NCBI RefSeq assembly: GCF_030028105.1
Contig: NC_092397.1
Coordinates: 26,484,630 to 26,548,629 of the forward strand
Direction: 5' to 3'
Length of the DNA stretch: 64,000 nt
From: Mobula birostris
Taxonomy: Eukaryota
Positions 1 through 11,149 of the stretch are shown piece by piece; position 1 is the first letter of the stretch, and each line of letters begins with the position of its first letter. A program made the position numbers and the translations under genes. Under the pieces are notes generated by a model that worked only from the letters and a program-made list of their open reading frames with translations, was not told where the DNA came from and did not search any database.

Positions 1-289
1 TTTGGGTCACTTTTCTAAGCTGCTGGCATTGCAGAGGCTGCAGGGGAGACTCACGGGAATGACCCCGGGACTGAAGGGACAACGACGTAATGATCATTTG
101 ATGCTCTTGGCCTGGACTGGCTGGAGTCCAGAGGAATGACAGAGGATAGTATTGAAAACTATTGAATATTGAAAGCCCTGGATGGAGTTGATGTGAGAGG
201 AAGCAAATGTCAGATACTCAAGAGCAGAGCTTTAATTTAAATGGAGGGAGGGGATGTTTAAAATAGATTTAGGAGGTGAACTCCTTATA

Positions 290-667
290 CAGAATATAAG
301 GAGTTGTTTCTCCAACTGAAGTGTGGCCTCATCACGACTCTGGAGGAGGCCATCGCTGGACATATCAGAATGGGAACGGGAAGTGGAATTAAAATGGGTG
401 GCCACTGCTCTGGTGGATGGAGTGCTGATCCATGGTGAAGTGGTCTCCCAATCTACGTCGGGTCTCATCGATATGTAGGAGGCCACACCAGGAGCACTGA
501 ACACAGTATATCACCCCAACAGACTTCCAGGTTAGGCAGCGCCACCTATAAGGACTGTTGAGGGCCCTGAAAGGTAGTGAGGGGTAGGGGCAGGTGTAGC
601 ACTTATTCTGCCTGCAAGAATAAGTGCCAGGAGGGAGATCAGCTGGAAGGATGAATGGACAAGGTAG
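290..667 (-). mobile_element. Older Penelope-like element fragment (GIY-YIG region); continues at ~2864-2990 beyond the nested insertion
   Basis: ORFs 389..715 and 232..504 give degenerate GTYSC..KCYTCPY, VIYCVQCSWCGLLHIDETRRRLGDHF and VATHFNSTSRSHSD, paralogous to ORF 973..2382. Confidence 0.85.
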
Positions 668-2849
668 AAGTAACACTTTCAGTACGCTGGATGAACTCAG
701 CAGGTCGGGCAGCATCAGTCAGAAACGATGAGTGGACGTTTCGGGCCGGAACCCTTCATCAGGACTGAAGAATGAGAGATGAGTAAGGATTTGAAGAATG
801 CTTGTAGCGTCAACTGATAGACCAGTAATTTGAAGGACAAAGGGGTGGGGGAGGGGAAGCAATGATGTCATAGCCCTGAAAACAATGGGTGATAGAAGAA
901 GGAGGCGGAACAATGAGGGAGCTGGGGGAGGGGTAGAGTGAAATAGGGATGGATGAAGGGAGGGGGAGGGAATTACTGGAAGTTGGAGAATTCTATGTCC
1001 ATACCAAGGGGCTGGACACTACATAGACGGTATATGAGATGTTGCTCCTCCAACCTGAGTTTAGCCTCATCATGGCAATAGAGGAGACCATGGATGGACA
1101 TATCTGAATGGAAATGGGAAGCAGAGTTGAAGTGGGTGGCTACCGGGAGATCCTGTATGTTGTGGCCGATGGAGTGGAGGTGCTCGACGAAGTGGTCCCC
1201 CAATCTGCGTCGGGTTTCACCGATGTAGAGGAGGCTGCACCGGGAGCACCGGGTGCAATAGATGACCCCAACAGACTCACAAGTGAAGTGTGGCCTCACC
1301 TGGAAGGACTGTTTGGGGCCCTGAATGGTTGCAAGAGATGAGGTGTAGGGACAGGTGTAGCCCTTACACTTACAGGGATAAGTGCCGGGCGGGAGATCAG
1401 TGGGGATGGACATGCGGATAAGGGAGTCGTGGAGGGACCAATCCCTGTGGAAAGCGGAGAGGGGTGGAGAGGGAAAGATGTGCTTAGTGGTGGGGTCCTG
1501 TTGAAGGTGGTGGAAGTTGCGGAGGTTAATGTGCTGGATCCGGAGGCTGGTGGGGTGATAGGTAAGGACAAGGGGAACTCTGTCCCTGTTGTGGTGGCGG
1601 GAGGATGGGGTGAGGGTCGAAGTGCGGGAAATGGAGGAGATGTGGGTGAGGGCATCATTGATGACGGTAGAAGGGAAAACACGATCCTTAAAGAGAGATG
1701 ACATTTGAGATGTCCTGGAATGGAAAGCCTCATCCTGGGAGCAGATGCGGCGGAGACGGAGGAACTGGGAATAGGGAGTGCCAGTTTTGCATGTGGCGGG
1801 GTGGGAAGAGGTATAGTCGAGGTAGTTATGAGAGCCAGTGGGCGTGTAGAAGATGTCAGTGGACAGTCTGTCTCCAGAGATGGAGACCGAGACATCGAGA
1901 AAGGGGAGAGAAGTGTCCAAGATAGAGTAAGTGAATTTGAGGGTTGGGTGGAAGTTTGAGGTAAAGTGGATGAAATTGATGAGCTCAGCATGGGTGCAGG
2001 AAGCAGCACCAATGTAGTTGTCAATGTACCGAAGGAAAAGTCGGGGAGCAGTACCAGAATAGGTTTGGAGCACAGACTGTTCTACATAACCAACGAAGAG
2101 ACAGGCGTAGCTGGGTCCCATGCGAGTTCCCATAGCTACACCTTTAGTCTGAAGAAAGTGGGAAGAGCCAAAAGAGAAGTTATTGAGTGTGAGAACCAGT
2201 TCCGCCAACTGGAGGAGGGTAGTGGTGGTGGGGAACTGGTGAGGTCTATTATCCAGGAAGTAGCGGAGGGCTTTTGAGGCCTTCTTGATGGGCAATGGAG
2301 GTGTATAAGGATTGGACATCCATAGTAAAAATGTATGGGCTGGGACCGGGGAATTGGAAGTTATTGAAGAGGTGGAGGGCATGGGATGTATCCCAGATGT
2401 AGGTGGGGAGGGACTGAACTATGGGTGACCAAATAGAGTCCAGTTAGGCAGATACAAGTTCAGTGGGACAGGAGCAGGCAATCAGGCTTGTGTATCTTTG
2501 GGAGGAGGTAAAACCGAGCGGTACAGGGTGTGGGAATAATGAGCTTAGCGGCTGAGGATGGAAGGTCTCCTGAGTTGATAAGGGCGGTGATGGTGCAGGA
2601 GACAATGGTTTGATGTTTTTTGATGGGGTCCTGTTAAGTAAGAGGAGGTGTCAGAGAGCTGACATTTTGCCTCAGTAAGGTAGAGGTCCGTCTGCCAGAC
2701 TACTATGGCACCACCTTTGTCAGCATGTTTGATGGTGAGGTTGGGATTAGTGTGAAGAGAGTGGAGGGCAGTGTGTTCAGAGGGAGTGAGGTTGGAACAG
2801 GAGAGAGGAGTGGTGAGGTTGAGACGGTTGATGTCTCGGCGACAAGGAC
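668..2849 (-). mobile_element. Penelope-like retroelement (Neptune-type: RT, Cys-rich linker, GIY-YIG endonuclease, 3' pLTR); 5'-truncated and inactive
   Basis: ORF 973..2382 has GVAMGTRMGPSYACLF, RYIDN (catalytic YIDD mutated), TYPCKCKGYTC and VIYCTRCSRCSLLYIGETRR. The RT motif MDVQSLYT (~2300-2323) lies in another frame (frameshift ~2275). Flanked by the exact 14-bp repeat aatggacaaggtag (654-667 and 2850-2863). Confidence 0.93.
731..766 (-). ncRNA. Minimal type-I hammerhead ribozyme motif in the Penelope pLTR
   Basis: Minus strand reads agtc-CTGATGA-a-gggt-tccg-gccc-GAAAC-GTC-cact; core intact, one stem I mismatch. Confidence 0.75.
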
Positions 2850-3161
2850 AATGGACAAGGTAGTTGTGTAGGGAGCAATCCCTGTGGAAAGCAAAGAGAT
2901 GTGTTTGGTGGTGGGATCCTGTTGGAGATGGCAGAAGTTTCAGAGAATTATGTGCTGGACACGGAAGCTGGTGTGGTGGCAGGTGGTAACTAGTAAAGTT
3001 TAAGAGGTGTTTGGTCAGGCACGAACGGGCAGGGACTGGAGGGATATGGACAGGTTCAGCCAGATGGGATCAGTTGTGGTCAGTGCAGACACTGTGGGCT
3101 GAAGGGCCTTTCCCTGTGCCGGACTGTCCCACGTGTGTTGTGTGTTGAAACTCAGACGGAC

Positions 3162-3700
3162 ACTCACTGTTACCGGTCGGCAGGCAGGAAGAGAAGAAGC
3201 CGATGTTCACACTGGAGGCGCAGTCAGGTCCACCAGTCCGCTCCCACATCCACATGGCAATGGCAGAGAACAAGGAGCAGCTCGTCTCAGCACCTCTGTG
3301 GCCCATTCCATCACCTCTCATTCTTCCAAAGGGCAGCAAGTTCAGACCGACCCTTCAGTTCAGTCGCTGCCGCCCCGCCGGGGGGAGGAAACCTCACCTC
3401 CCATTTGCAGCGGCCCAGGAGGCGGGGCAGAGTGAGCTGTCAATCAGAGGAGCCGCTGGTAAAACTGCAAATGGGTCAATGTACTCTTCATGAAAAATGC
3501 CCGCTTGGCGGGGGAAACCTCAACTCAACCCCGGGTCCAGGGCCCTCCCCGACCCTGGAGACTTTTCCAAGACTGCACCCTGGCTCTGAGACGTCTTTCC
3601 GCAAGATGCTGTCCTGTCACGTGACATCACGGCCGCAGCCCGGAGGGAGGAGCGATGTAGCTGTCAATCAGAGGAGCGGCAGCGGGCAGTCACTGTGCAC
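3162..3700 (-). promoter_or_regulatory. CpG-rich promoter-like module with a putative first-exon splice donor
   Basis: GC box 3421-3427; TGATTGACAG (PBX/PKNOX-type decamer, minus strand) at 3437-3446 and 3661-3670; E-box gtcacgtgac 3616-3625; minus-strand AACA|GTGAGT at 3162-3171. Confidence 0.5.
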
Positions 3701-4169
3701 AGAGGGATTTTGGTGTCGAAACTGTAACTGGAGGGAAAATGAACCTCTTGTAAACCAAAACAATAAAGATGTGGAAAATGGAAATGAGCGAGGTACGGTA
3801 TAAAACTAGACAGATGTGAAATCTAATGCTGAGATGTTTAATATGAATCAATTTATTGCTGAGAATTTTAGCTTCATTTGTAAAGCACAGTGAATCTGGG
3901 AGATGGAGCGGGATTTAATGGCAGAAAGTAAAGAGATAGTAGATTAACAAGGAGATATCAGGCACCGGCTTGATAATATTTATTTTCCCACACCGCTGCA
4001 TACTGGGCGCTGTTCTGGTGAACACACTGTTGGACAAACATGATTGCACTGTAATCTGTAACCTTTTGCTCTCGTCCCCATCCCCCTGTCAATCCGAGGG
4101 AGCAGGAATGAACCTCCCTGACAGTGTAGAGCAGATTTACCAGGATGTCGCCTTTCCATTGTGTGACCG

Positions 4170-6050
4170 TAAAATACAGGAGCAGAATTAGTCTATTTGG
4201 CCCATTGAGACTGCTCTGTCATTTCATCCATTTCCCTGTCAATCCTAATCTCTTGACCTGCCCCAAATCCCTTATTCCCTGACTAACCAAGAAACTATCA
4301 ACCTCTTCCTTAAATATACTCAATGACGGCCTCCACAGTTGCCTCTGGCAATGAATTCCACTCTCTGGCAGGAAATTCCTCCTCATCTCTGTTTAAATGG
4401 ATGTCCCTCTATTCTGAGGCCATGCCCTCTGATCCTAGACTCCCCCTCCATTGGAAATGTCATCTCCATATCCACTCGACCATGGCCTTTCAACATTTGA
4501 GAGGTTTCAATGAGATTCCCTCTCATTCGTCTGAATTCTGGTGAGTACAGGCCCAGAACATTCAAATGGTCTTCATATGATAACCCTTTCAATCCCAGAG
4601 TCTTTCTCGTGACCGTCCTCTGAACCTTCACACCCTTTCTTAGATAAGGGACTCAGAATTGCTCACAATACTCCAAGTGAGTCCTTACCAGTGCCTTATA
4701 AAGCCTCAACATGACATCACTGGTTCTTCTATTCTAGTCCTCTCGACACTGTATCCCATCTGACATTAATTATCCATTCTCGTAATCTGCCTAAGACCTT
4801 CTGTAGCCTCTCTGCTTCCTCAGCACTATTTGCTCCTCCACCTATTTTCGTCATGTCCAAAAACTTGGCCACAAAGCCATCAATTTCGCTATTCAAATTA
4901 TTATTGACATATAGGGTAAAAAGAAGCTGTCCTAAAAATGATCCCTGTAGAACACTGCAGCCAACCAGCAAAGGCTCATTTTATTACCACTCTGACCCCT
5001 GGAAATCAGCCTGCATCTTTCCTGTAACATCATGAGCTCTTCACTTGTTAAGCAGCCTCATGTGCAGCACCTTGTCAAATGTCTACTGCAAATCCAAGTA
5101 AACAACACCCACCCATCCACTGATTCTCCATTCTCTATCCTGCTTGTTATTTCTTCAAAGAATTTCAACACATTTGGCAGCCAAGATTTTCTCTCAAGGA
5201 AACCATGCTGACTACGGCTTATCTTATCATGTGCCTTAAAGTACCCCAAAAACACGTCCTTGACAATCGACTCCAACATCTCTGCAGCCACTGAGGTCAG
5301 ACTAACTGGCCTGTGATTTTCTAGCTTCTACTTCCCTCCCTTCTTTAAGAGTGGAGTGACATTTGCAATTTTCCTGTCCTCTGGAACCATGCCAGAATCC
5401 AGTGATTCTTGGAGAATCATTTCAAATGGCTCCACAATCTCTTCAAGCAGCACTTTCATAGCACTGTTGTAGACAATCTGGTCCTGGTGATTTATCTACC
5501 TTCAGATCTTTCAGGTTCACAAACACCTTCTAGTAATGGCTACTTCTCTCACTTCTGCCCTCTGACTCTTTTGAACTTCCAGCATACTGCTTTTGTCATC
5601 CACAGTGAAGACTGATGCAAAATACTTACTCAGTTTGTCTGTCATTTCCCTGAACCATGTTGCTACCTCTCCAGCATCAGCTTTCTGCGCTCTGATATCT
5701 ACTCTCAATTCCATTTTGCTCTTCATATATCTGAGTAAACATTTGGTATCCTCTTTACTACTATTGGCTAGCTGACCTTTGTATTCCATCTTTTACCCCT
5801 CGTTATGGCTTTTCAGTTGACTTTGTTGGTTTTAAAAAGCTTCCCAATTCTCTAACTTCCCAATAATTTTAGCTGCAATTTTGTCTTTGGCTTATATGTT
5901 GGATAAAGATTTCCATTGTCAAATCTGCATTATCCGGACTGTAGAATACTACTTCTTCTACAAGGGAACGATCTCACCAACTTGCCCCCAGAAATTCAAG
6001 CCACTGCAACTCTGCCATCATCCCTGCTAGTGTCCTCTTCCAATCAATGA
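4170..6050 (-). mobile_element. Degraded CR1 LINE ORF2 3' region
   Basis: Fragments LESIVKD..SQHGFL..FFEEITS, QGSFLGQLLFTLYVN..VAKF and LGLYSPEFRRMRGNLIET, plus CR1 3' UTR. Confidence 0.85.
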
Positions 6051-6259
6051 TGTGAGATTGGATGGTTTGAGTTTGCTTTCCTCAGAAAGGAGCAGAATCT
6101 GAGAGGGTATGCCAGATTGTGAGGGGTGTTGTTAGGACAGGCAGTGAAAAGCCTTTCCCCATAACACTGTCATCTAAAATTTAGTACATAGGTAGAAGAA
6201 CATAGAACAGTACAGGACAGATCCCTTGACCCACAACGATGAGGCAAGATTTAATGTAA

Positions 6260-8420
6260 CGCTGGGGAGTTGATGCATTTGCTTGAGAGGCTTCAGGGGG
6301 AGGAGGCTGAGAAGACAGACTGTTAAGATCTGAGAAGTTGTGCTTTCCTGCTTTACTTTCAGACTGAGGACAGTGGAGTAATCAGCTGGGGCACTTGTGT
6401 GTTCACCCTGTGGGCCTTGTGACACAAAGGAGACTCTCAGTGTCGCTGACGACTACACCGTGGGATGTGCACCCAGATCCAGCTTCTCATTGACTGTATG
6501 AAGGAAGTGGAGCTGAAGGTGGACATACTGAGGACCAGACAGGGCACTGAGTGTATTACAGATTGGAGTTTCAGTGAGGTGGTCTCTCCAGAGGTACAGG
6601 CAGCAGGTAGCTGAGTGACTGCGAGGAGAGGTAACGGGAACAGGCCCTCAGTACAGCAAGTTCCTGTGGTCATTCCCCTCAGCAACACTGAACCTCTTTT
6701 TGCTACTGCTGGGGGATGTCCTGTCACTGAGCACTGAGACTGGCTCTGAAGCTTACCGGGTGAGGGCTATCAGCCAGGGTGATCGTTCTGGGTAAATCAA
6801 TAGATGGGTTGGAATTTAGGATGAGTCCACAGTGAGGTGGCTGATTGTCTTTCCCATGGAGGGGAGTGGTTAGTGGTGCATGGGTCCTGTTCTGGGTGGA
6901 GGTCTGCGATGAGTCGTCAACCAGAGAGGTTTGTACTGGGATATTGGTTGTTCGTGATGTAAATGATGTGGATAAAAATGTAGTAGTGTAGGTTTACAGA
7001 TGACACGCAATTTGGTGGCACTGGTCATTGCACAGAAGAGTTCCAAGCGATACAGCAGGATATCGAACGGTTGCTGATATGGTCGGAATATTAACAGTAT
7101 TGACAAAGAGAAGGATGATGGGGTCCAAGCATACAGTCTCACTGAAACTGCGAACACAGGTTGACAGGGAGGTGAAATCGTGTATGACATGTTTGTCTTC
7201 ATCAGGCAAGGCATTGAGTTCAAGCACCAGGACATTATGTTACAGGTTTCTAAAAGCTGGTGAGGCCACATTGAGAGTACAGTGCTCAGTTCTGGTCACC
7301 TCATTATTAGAAGCGTGTGGAGGTTGTGGAGCAGGTGCAGAGGTGGTTTACCAGGATGTCTGGTCTGGAGGTGGTGTTCAGTGAGGAGAGGCTGTACATG
7401 CTGGAGCTTTTTCCACTAGTGGCGTCAGCTCAGGAGAGAGTTGATAGAAATTTATAGATGTTTGCAGTTCATTGTTGGTGTAGATAACTAGCAATACTTT
7501 TCACAGGAGTGAATTGCCTTCTACTAGTAGACATGTATTTAAGGTCAGAGGAAGGAAGTGAGGAAAACAGATTAGTGGAGATTTTGAATGCACTGCCAGG
7601 GGTGGTGGCAGAGGCAGAGAACACAGGAGTATTTAAGGAAATCTCAGACAGGCACAGGAATATGTAGAGAAGGGCCAAAGTGCTACTCCTGTACTGTCCT
7701 GTGTTTATGAACAGCAGATGGCCTCTGGGCATGGATTCATGCACGAGGCTGGGATATTATATCCCGAACGATAAATGGTTGTGCAAGGGGCAACAAATGC
7801 CACAAATACCTGTGGCATTTCACAGTACAAATGCTACAGGTATGATGGAGTGCAGGGAAGAGAAGGGAGAGATGTGCTTGATCAGGGAGAACATCTCAGT
7901 GGCACTTGGAGATTGTCCCAATAATATTGAAGTAAGGAAGGGATAGCAAACACCAGAGGGCATATGGACAAAGTCAAGGGAGGGAAGTTTAGGGCAGACA
8001 TCAGGGGTAGTTCTTTTTTTAAAGAGGGTTGTGGGTGCCTGGAATGTCTTGCTGGGGATGGTGATGGAGGCTAAAACATGAGGGGTAATTTAAGAGCCTC
8101 TTGGACAGGGACATGGATGAAAGAAAAATAGAGGGTTACGGAGTAGTGTGGGTTTAGTACTTTTTTGAAAGGAATCTAAGGGTCGGCACAACATCGAGGG
8201 CTGAAAGGCCTGTACTGTGCTGTGCTGTTCTAGGGTTTTGATGGGATTGTATTATTGGCCATCAAATATCAGGAGTCAACAAGGTTGTAATAGAGGGACA
8301 TTTCAACTTCTCTCACGCTGACTGGGACAGCCGTAATGCCAAGGGTTTGGTGGATCAGAATTTATTCAATGTGCCCAGGAGATTCTTCTCAATCAGTATT
8401 TCGAAGTTCCTACCAGAGAC
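6260..8420 (+). mobile_element. Mosaic of old CR1 fragments (ORF1-like, RT and 3'-end pieces)
   Basis: ORF1-like segment ~6460-6700; RT/3' pieces 6880-7700; younger 3' end ~7950-8235. Confidence 0.6.
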
Positions 8421-9141
8421 AGGACAACACTGAACCTCTTTGTGGGAAATCAGACTCGACAAGTGACGGGTCCTTCGGTGCTGGAGACCTCGATCCACCC
8501 ACCCCCTCCCTGGCACAAACCAAAGTCTGTTCTCGGAGCGACCCACCGCCTGACAGAGGGAGCCTCTCGGGAGATCTGACCAAACTCTCTCGCAAAATAT
8601 TCATTTATATTTCAGAGACCTGGGTGGACGAGATTTCCAGTAAATACTGTCAGTTCCAACAGGGTAAATGTAGTTTTGTAGATAAATGTAAAGCAGCAGA
8701 TATTATTGTTCTGTGAGGCGGTGGGAATTCTCATGAGACAACGAACAGGCGGTGTTCCCGCCTGCTGCACACCGGAACGGTCCCGGGTCAACCCGCAATG
8801 TGAAACCCAGACAACGCGGTTTCAGTCATGAAGAGCGGAATCGTTCAATGATCGGAGATTAAATTCTCCGTCCGGGAGGCTGACTCTGGAAATTCATTTC
8901 ACGACCCTGGGCTGAGCGAACCCGCTGACTCTCCGCAAGGTAAGAGAGCTCCATTGAGCCGGCAGAGAGGGGAAAAGAGTCAGGACCGAAGCGGACCGAT
9001 TTCTGTGCAGATAGATATCGGTTTACTTCGCGAAAAAAAAACGTGACGGAGAGAGAACTGTCGGGGCTGTGACAGATACACAGCCCGGTTACTCTGAACG
9101 GAAATCATCCGCTGCTCAGCCCTTCCACAGACGCTGTGAGT

Positions 9142-9157
9142 GGCCCTGAAAAGAGCC
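9142..9157 (-). terminator. Histone mRNA 3' stem-loop (H2A)
   Basis: Minus strand aaa-GGCTCTTTTCAGGGCC-actca, followed by a purine-rich HDE-like tggaaggg. Confidence 0.95.
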
Positions 9158-9187
9158 TTTGGGTAAATAGGTTCAGTTTACGTCGCT

Positions 9188-9571
9188 TCACTTACTGGCA
9201 CCGCCGGTTTTCTTGGGCAACAGCACGGCCTGGATATTGGGTAACACACCGCCCTGAGCGATAGTCACCCCTCCCAGCAGCTTGTTGAGCTCCTCGTCGT
9301 TGCGGACGGCCAATTGCAGGTGTCGGGGGATGATGCGGGTTTTCTTATTGTCCCGGGCTGCATTGCCGGCCAATTCGAGGATTTCTGCTGTCAGATACTC
9401 GAGCACAGCAGCCAGATAAACCGGGGCTCCGGCACCCACCCGCTCAGCATAGTTGCCCTTTCTTAGGAGTCTGTGAACCCGGCCGACCGGGAACTGCAGT
9501 CCAGCCCGGGACGAGCGAGATTTGGCCTTGGACCGAACTTTGCCAGTGGTGCCTTTTCCACGTCCAGACAT
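9188..9571 (-). CDS. H2A: Replication-dependent histone H2A, 127 aa
   Basis: MSGRGKG...[69 protein letters not shown]...LLPKK; true ATG at 9571 below the TATA box; intronless; stem-loop present. Confidence 0.98.
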   Translation of the reverse strand: MSGRGKGTTGKVRSKAKSRSSRAGLQFPVGRVHRLLRKGNYAERVGAGAPVYLAAVLEYLTAEILELAGNAARDNKKTRIIPRHLQLAVRNDEELNKLLGGVTIAQGGVLPNIQAVLLPKKTGGASK

Positions 9572-9617
9572 TTCCACAGTCACAGTAACTGCTCCAACGA
9601 GAATGAAAGAATGTTCG

Positions 9618-9825
9618 CCCCGCCCCAACTCGCCTTTTTTATACCTTCTTTGAGAATGCAAACTGATGTTTGTGATTGGTTTAACCGTGCTTATTCTCAT
9701 TGGTGAAGAGAAACGTCCCAATCGAAGAGCTGCCTTAATCACCAATCAGCGGTCCGTAAAGGTAGAAGCGCGGAAAGTAACCGTCTCCTCCCCAAAGTAC
9801 ACTGGAATTTCGAAAAAGCCCGCCA
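9618..9825 (-). promoter_or_regulatory. H2A promoter
   Basis: TATAAAA (minus) 9637-9643; four CCAAT boxes at ~9674, ~9699, ~9718 and ~9741; GC box 9618-9626; cccgcca (E2F-like) 9819-9825. Confidence 0.8.
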
Positions 9826-10447
9826 GAAAATAAATCTCTTGTTCAAATTTAATCAGAAATTAAATAATTGCTGATCTGTTTGACGATTGAGTGTTCGCAT
9901 TTCCCCGTTACTGAAACCGAGCACATTTAATGCAAGTGTAGTTGATATTGAAATGTCTGGGAACTCAATTCTCTGATTTCATTCAACCCGTAACGGAACC
10001 AAGTAAAACTGACCTCTGCTTCTGGTCTGCCCGCGGTCGGTCATTGTGTAAACGTTATCAGGTTATGGACAAACGGCTCTTCTCAAACTGTGACCAGCCT
10101 CTAGACTGCAATTTTAAGAAGTTGTTCTCTGAAAGAACCATGAACTGGTTCCAGCCTCGCATTGAAATAATATTCAGAGGTTCCCCAACTGTAACTAATA
10201 AACTCCTGAACCCACAGCTAAAACAGCAACGGCAGCAATCCTCCGCTCGACATGTATACCGGCAGGGACAGACTGATGGGGATGGGGAGGTAACAATTCC
10301 GTGTCAGTGCAGTGGGAGGAATGTAAAGCACCGGGATTATACGGAGAAGAGTAACCGGATATTCCAACCGTCTTGTAAGCCACCAGACATAAAATATATG
10401 CCATTTATTGTCCAAATTTTAGTACAACTCTCAGTGAAATCGTGTGT

Positions 10448-10463
10448 GGCTCTTAAAAGAGCC
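10448..10463 (-). terminator. Histone mRNA 3' stem-loop (H2B)
   Basis: Minus strand aac-GGCTCTTTTAAGAGCC-acaca. Confidence 0.95.
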
Positions 10464-10494
10464 GTTGTGCTTTCGATCATCTCACTGGGGAGGT

Positions 10495-10782
<288 letters not shown>

Positions 10783-11149
10783 TCACCCAGCTGACCCAGT
10801 CAGGGTTGATCAGACCCGGCTTGTGATTATCCCATGGACCAAGATAACGAGAGGCATGTAATTCTGCATGTCGTGGGTGTTTTAAACCTTGTTACTTGGC
10901 GTTATTTTGACGATTTGGGGAGTACAAAGTTCTGAGGCCAGTAATCAGGCTTTACCTCCAGTCGGGTTCAACTCCCAAACTTTAAATTTATACCTGTCTT
11001 TATTTTGCATCTGTATGCCTGGGACTGCATGGATAAACAGTGTTCACTGCAGTACAAACTAGTGATTAAGGTTCTGCAGATTGATCCGTAATTCCAAATT
11101 GCAAAAATCTCTGAAATCCTTATTTTGTTGTGCTGACATGACGTTACAA

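Noticed and set aside
973-2382. Active or domesticated reverse transcriptase gene
   Set aside because: Catalytic YIDD is YIDN, there is a frameshift near 2275, and the element is 5'-truncated
3135-3803. 222-aa plus-strand ORF
   Set aside because: No recognisable domain; overlaps a GC-rich promoter-like region where stops are rare
9188-9571. H2A.X assignment
   Set aside because: No C-terminal SQ(E/D)Y motif
9572-9745. 58-aa N-terminal extension of H2A in the ORF track
   Set aside because: It runs through the TATA and CCAAT boxes and starts at a non-ATG codon; the real start is ATG 9571
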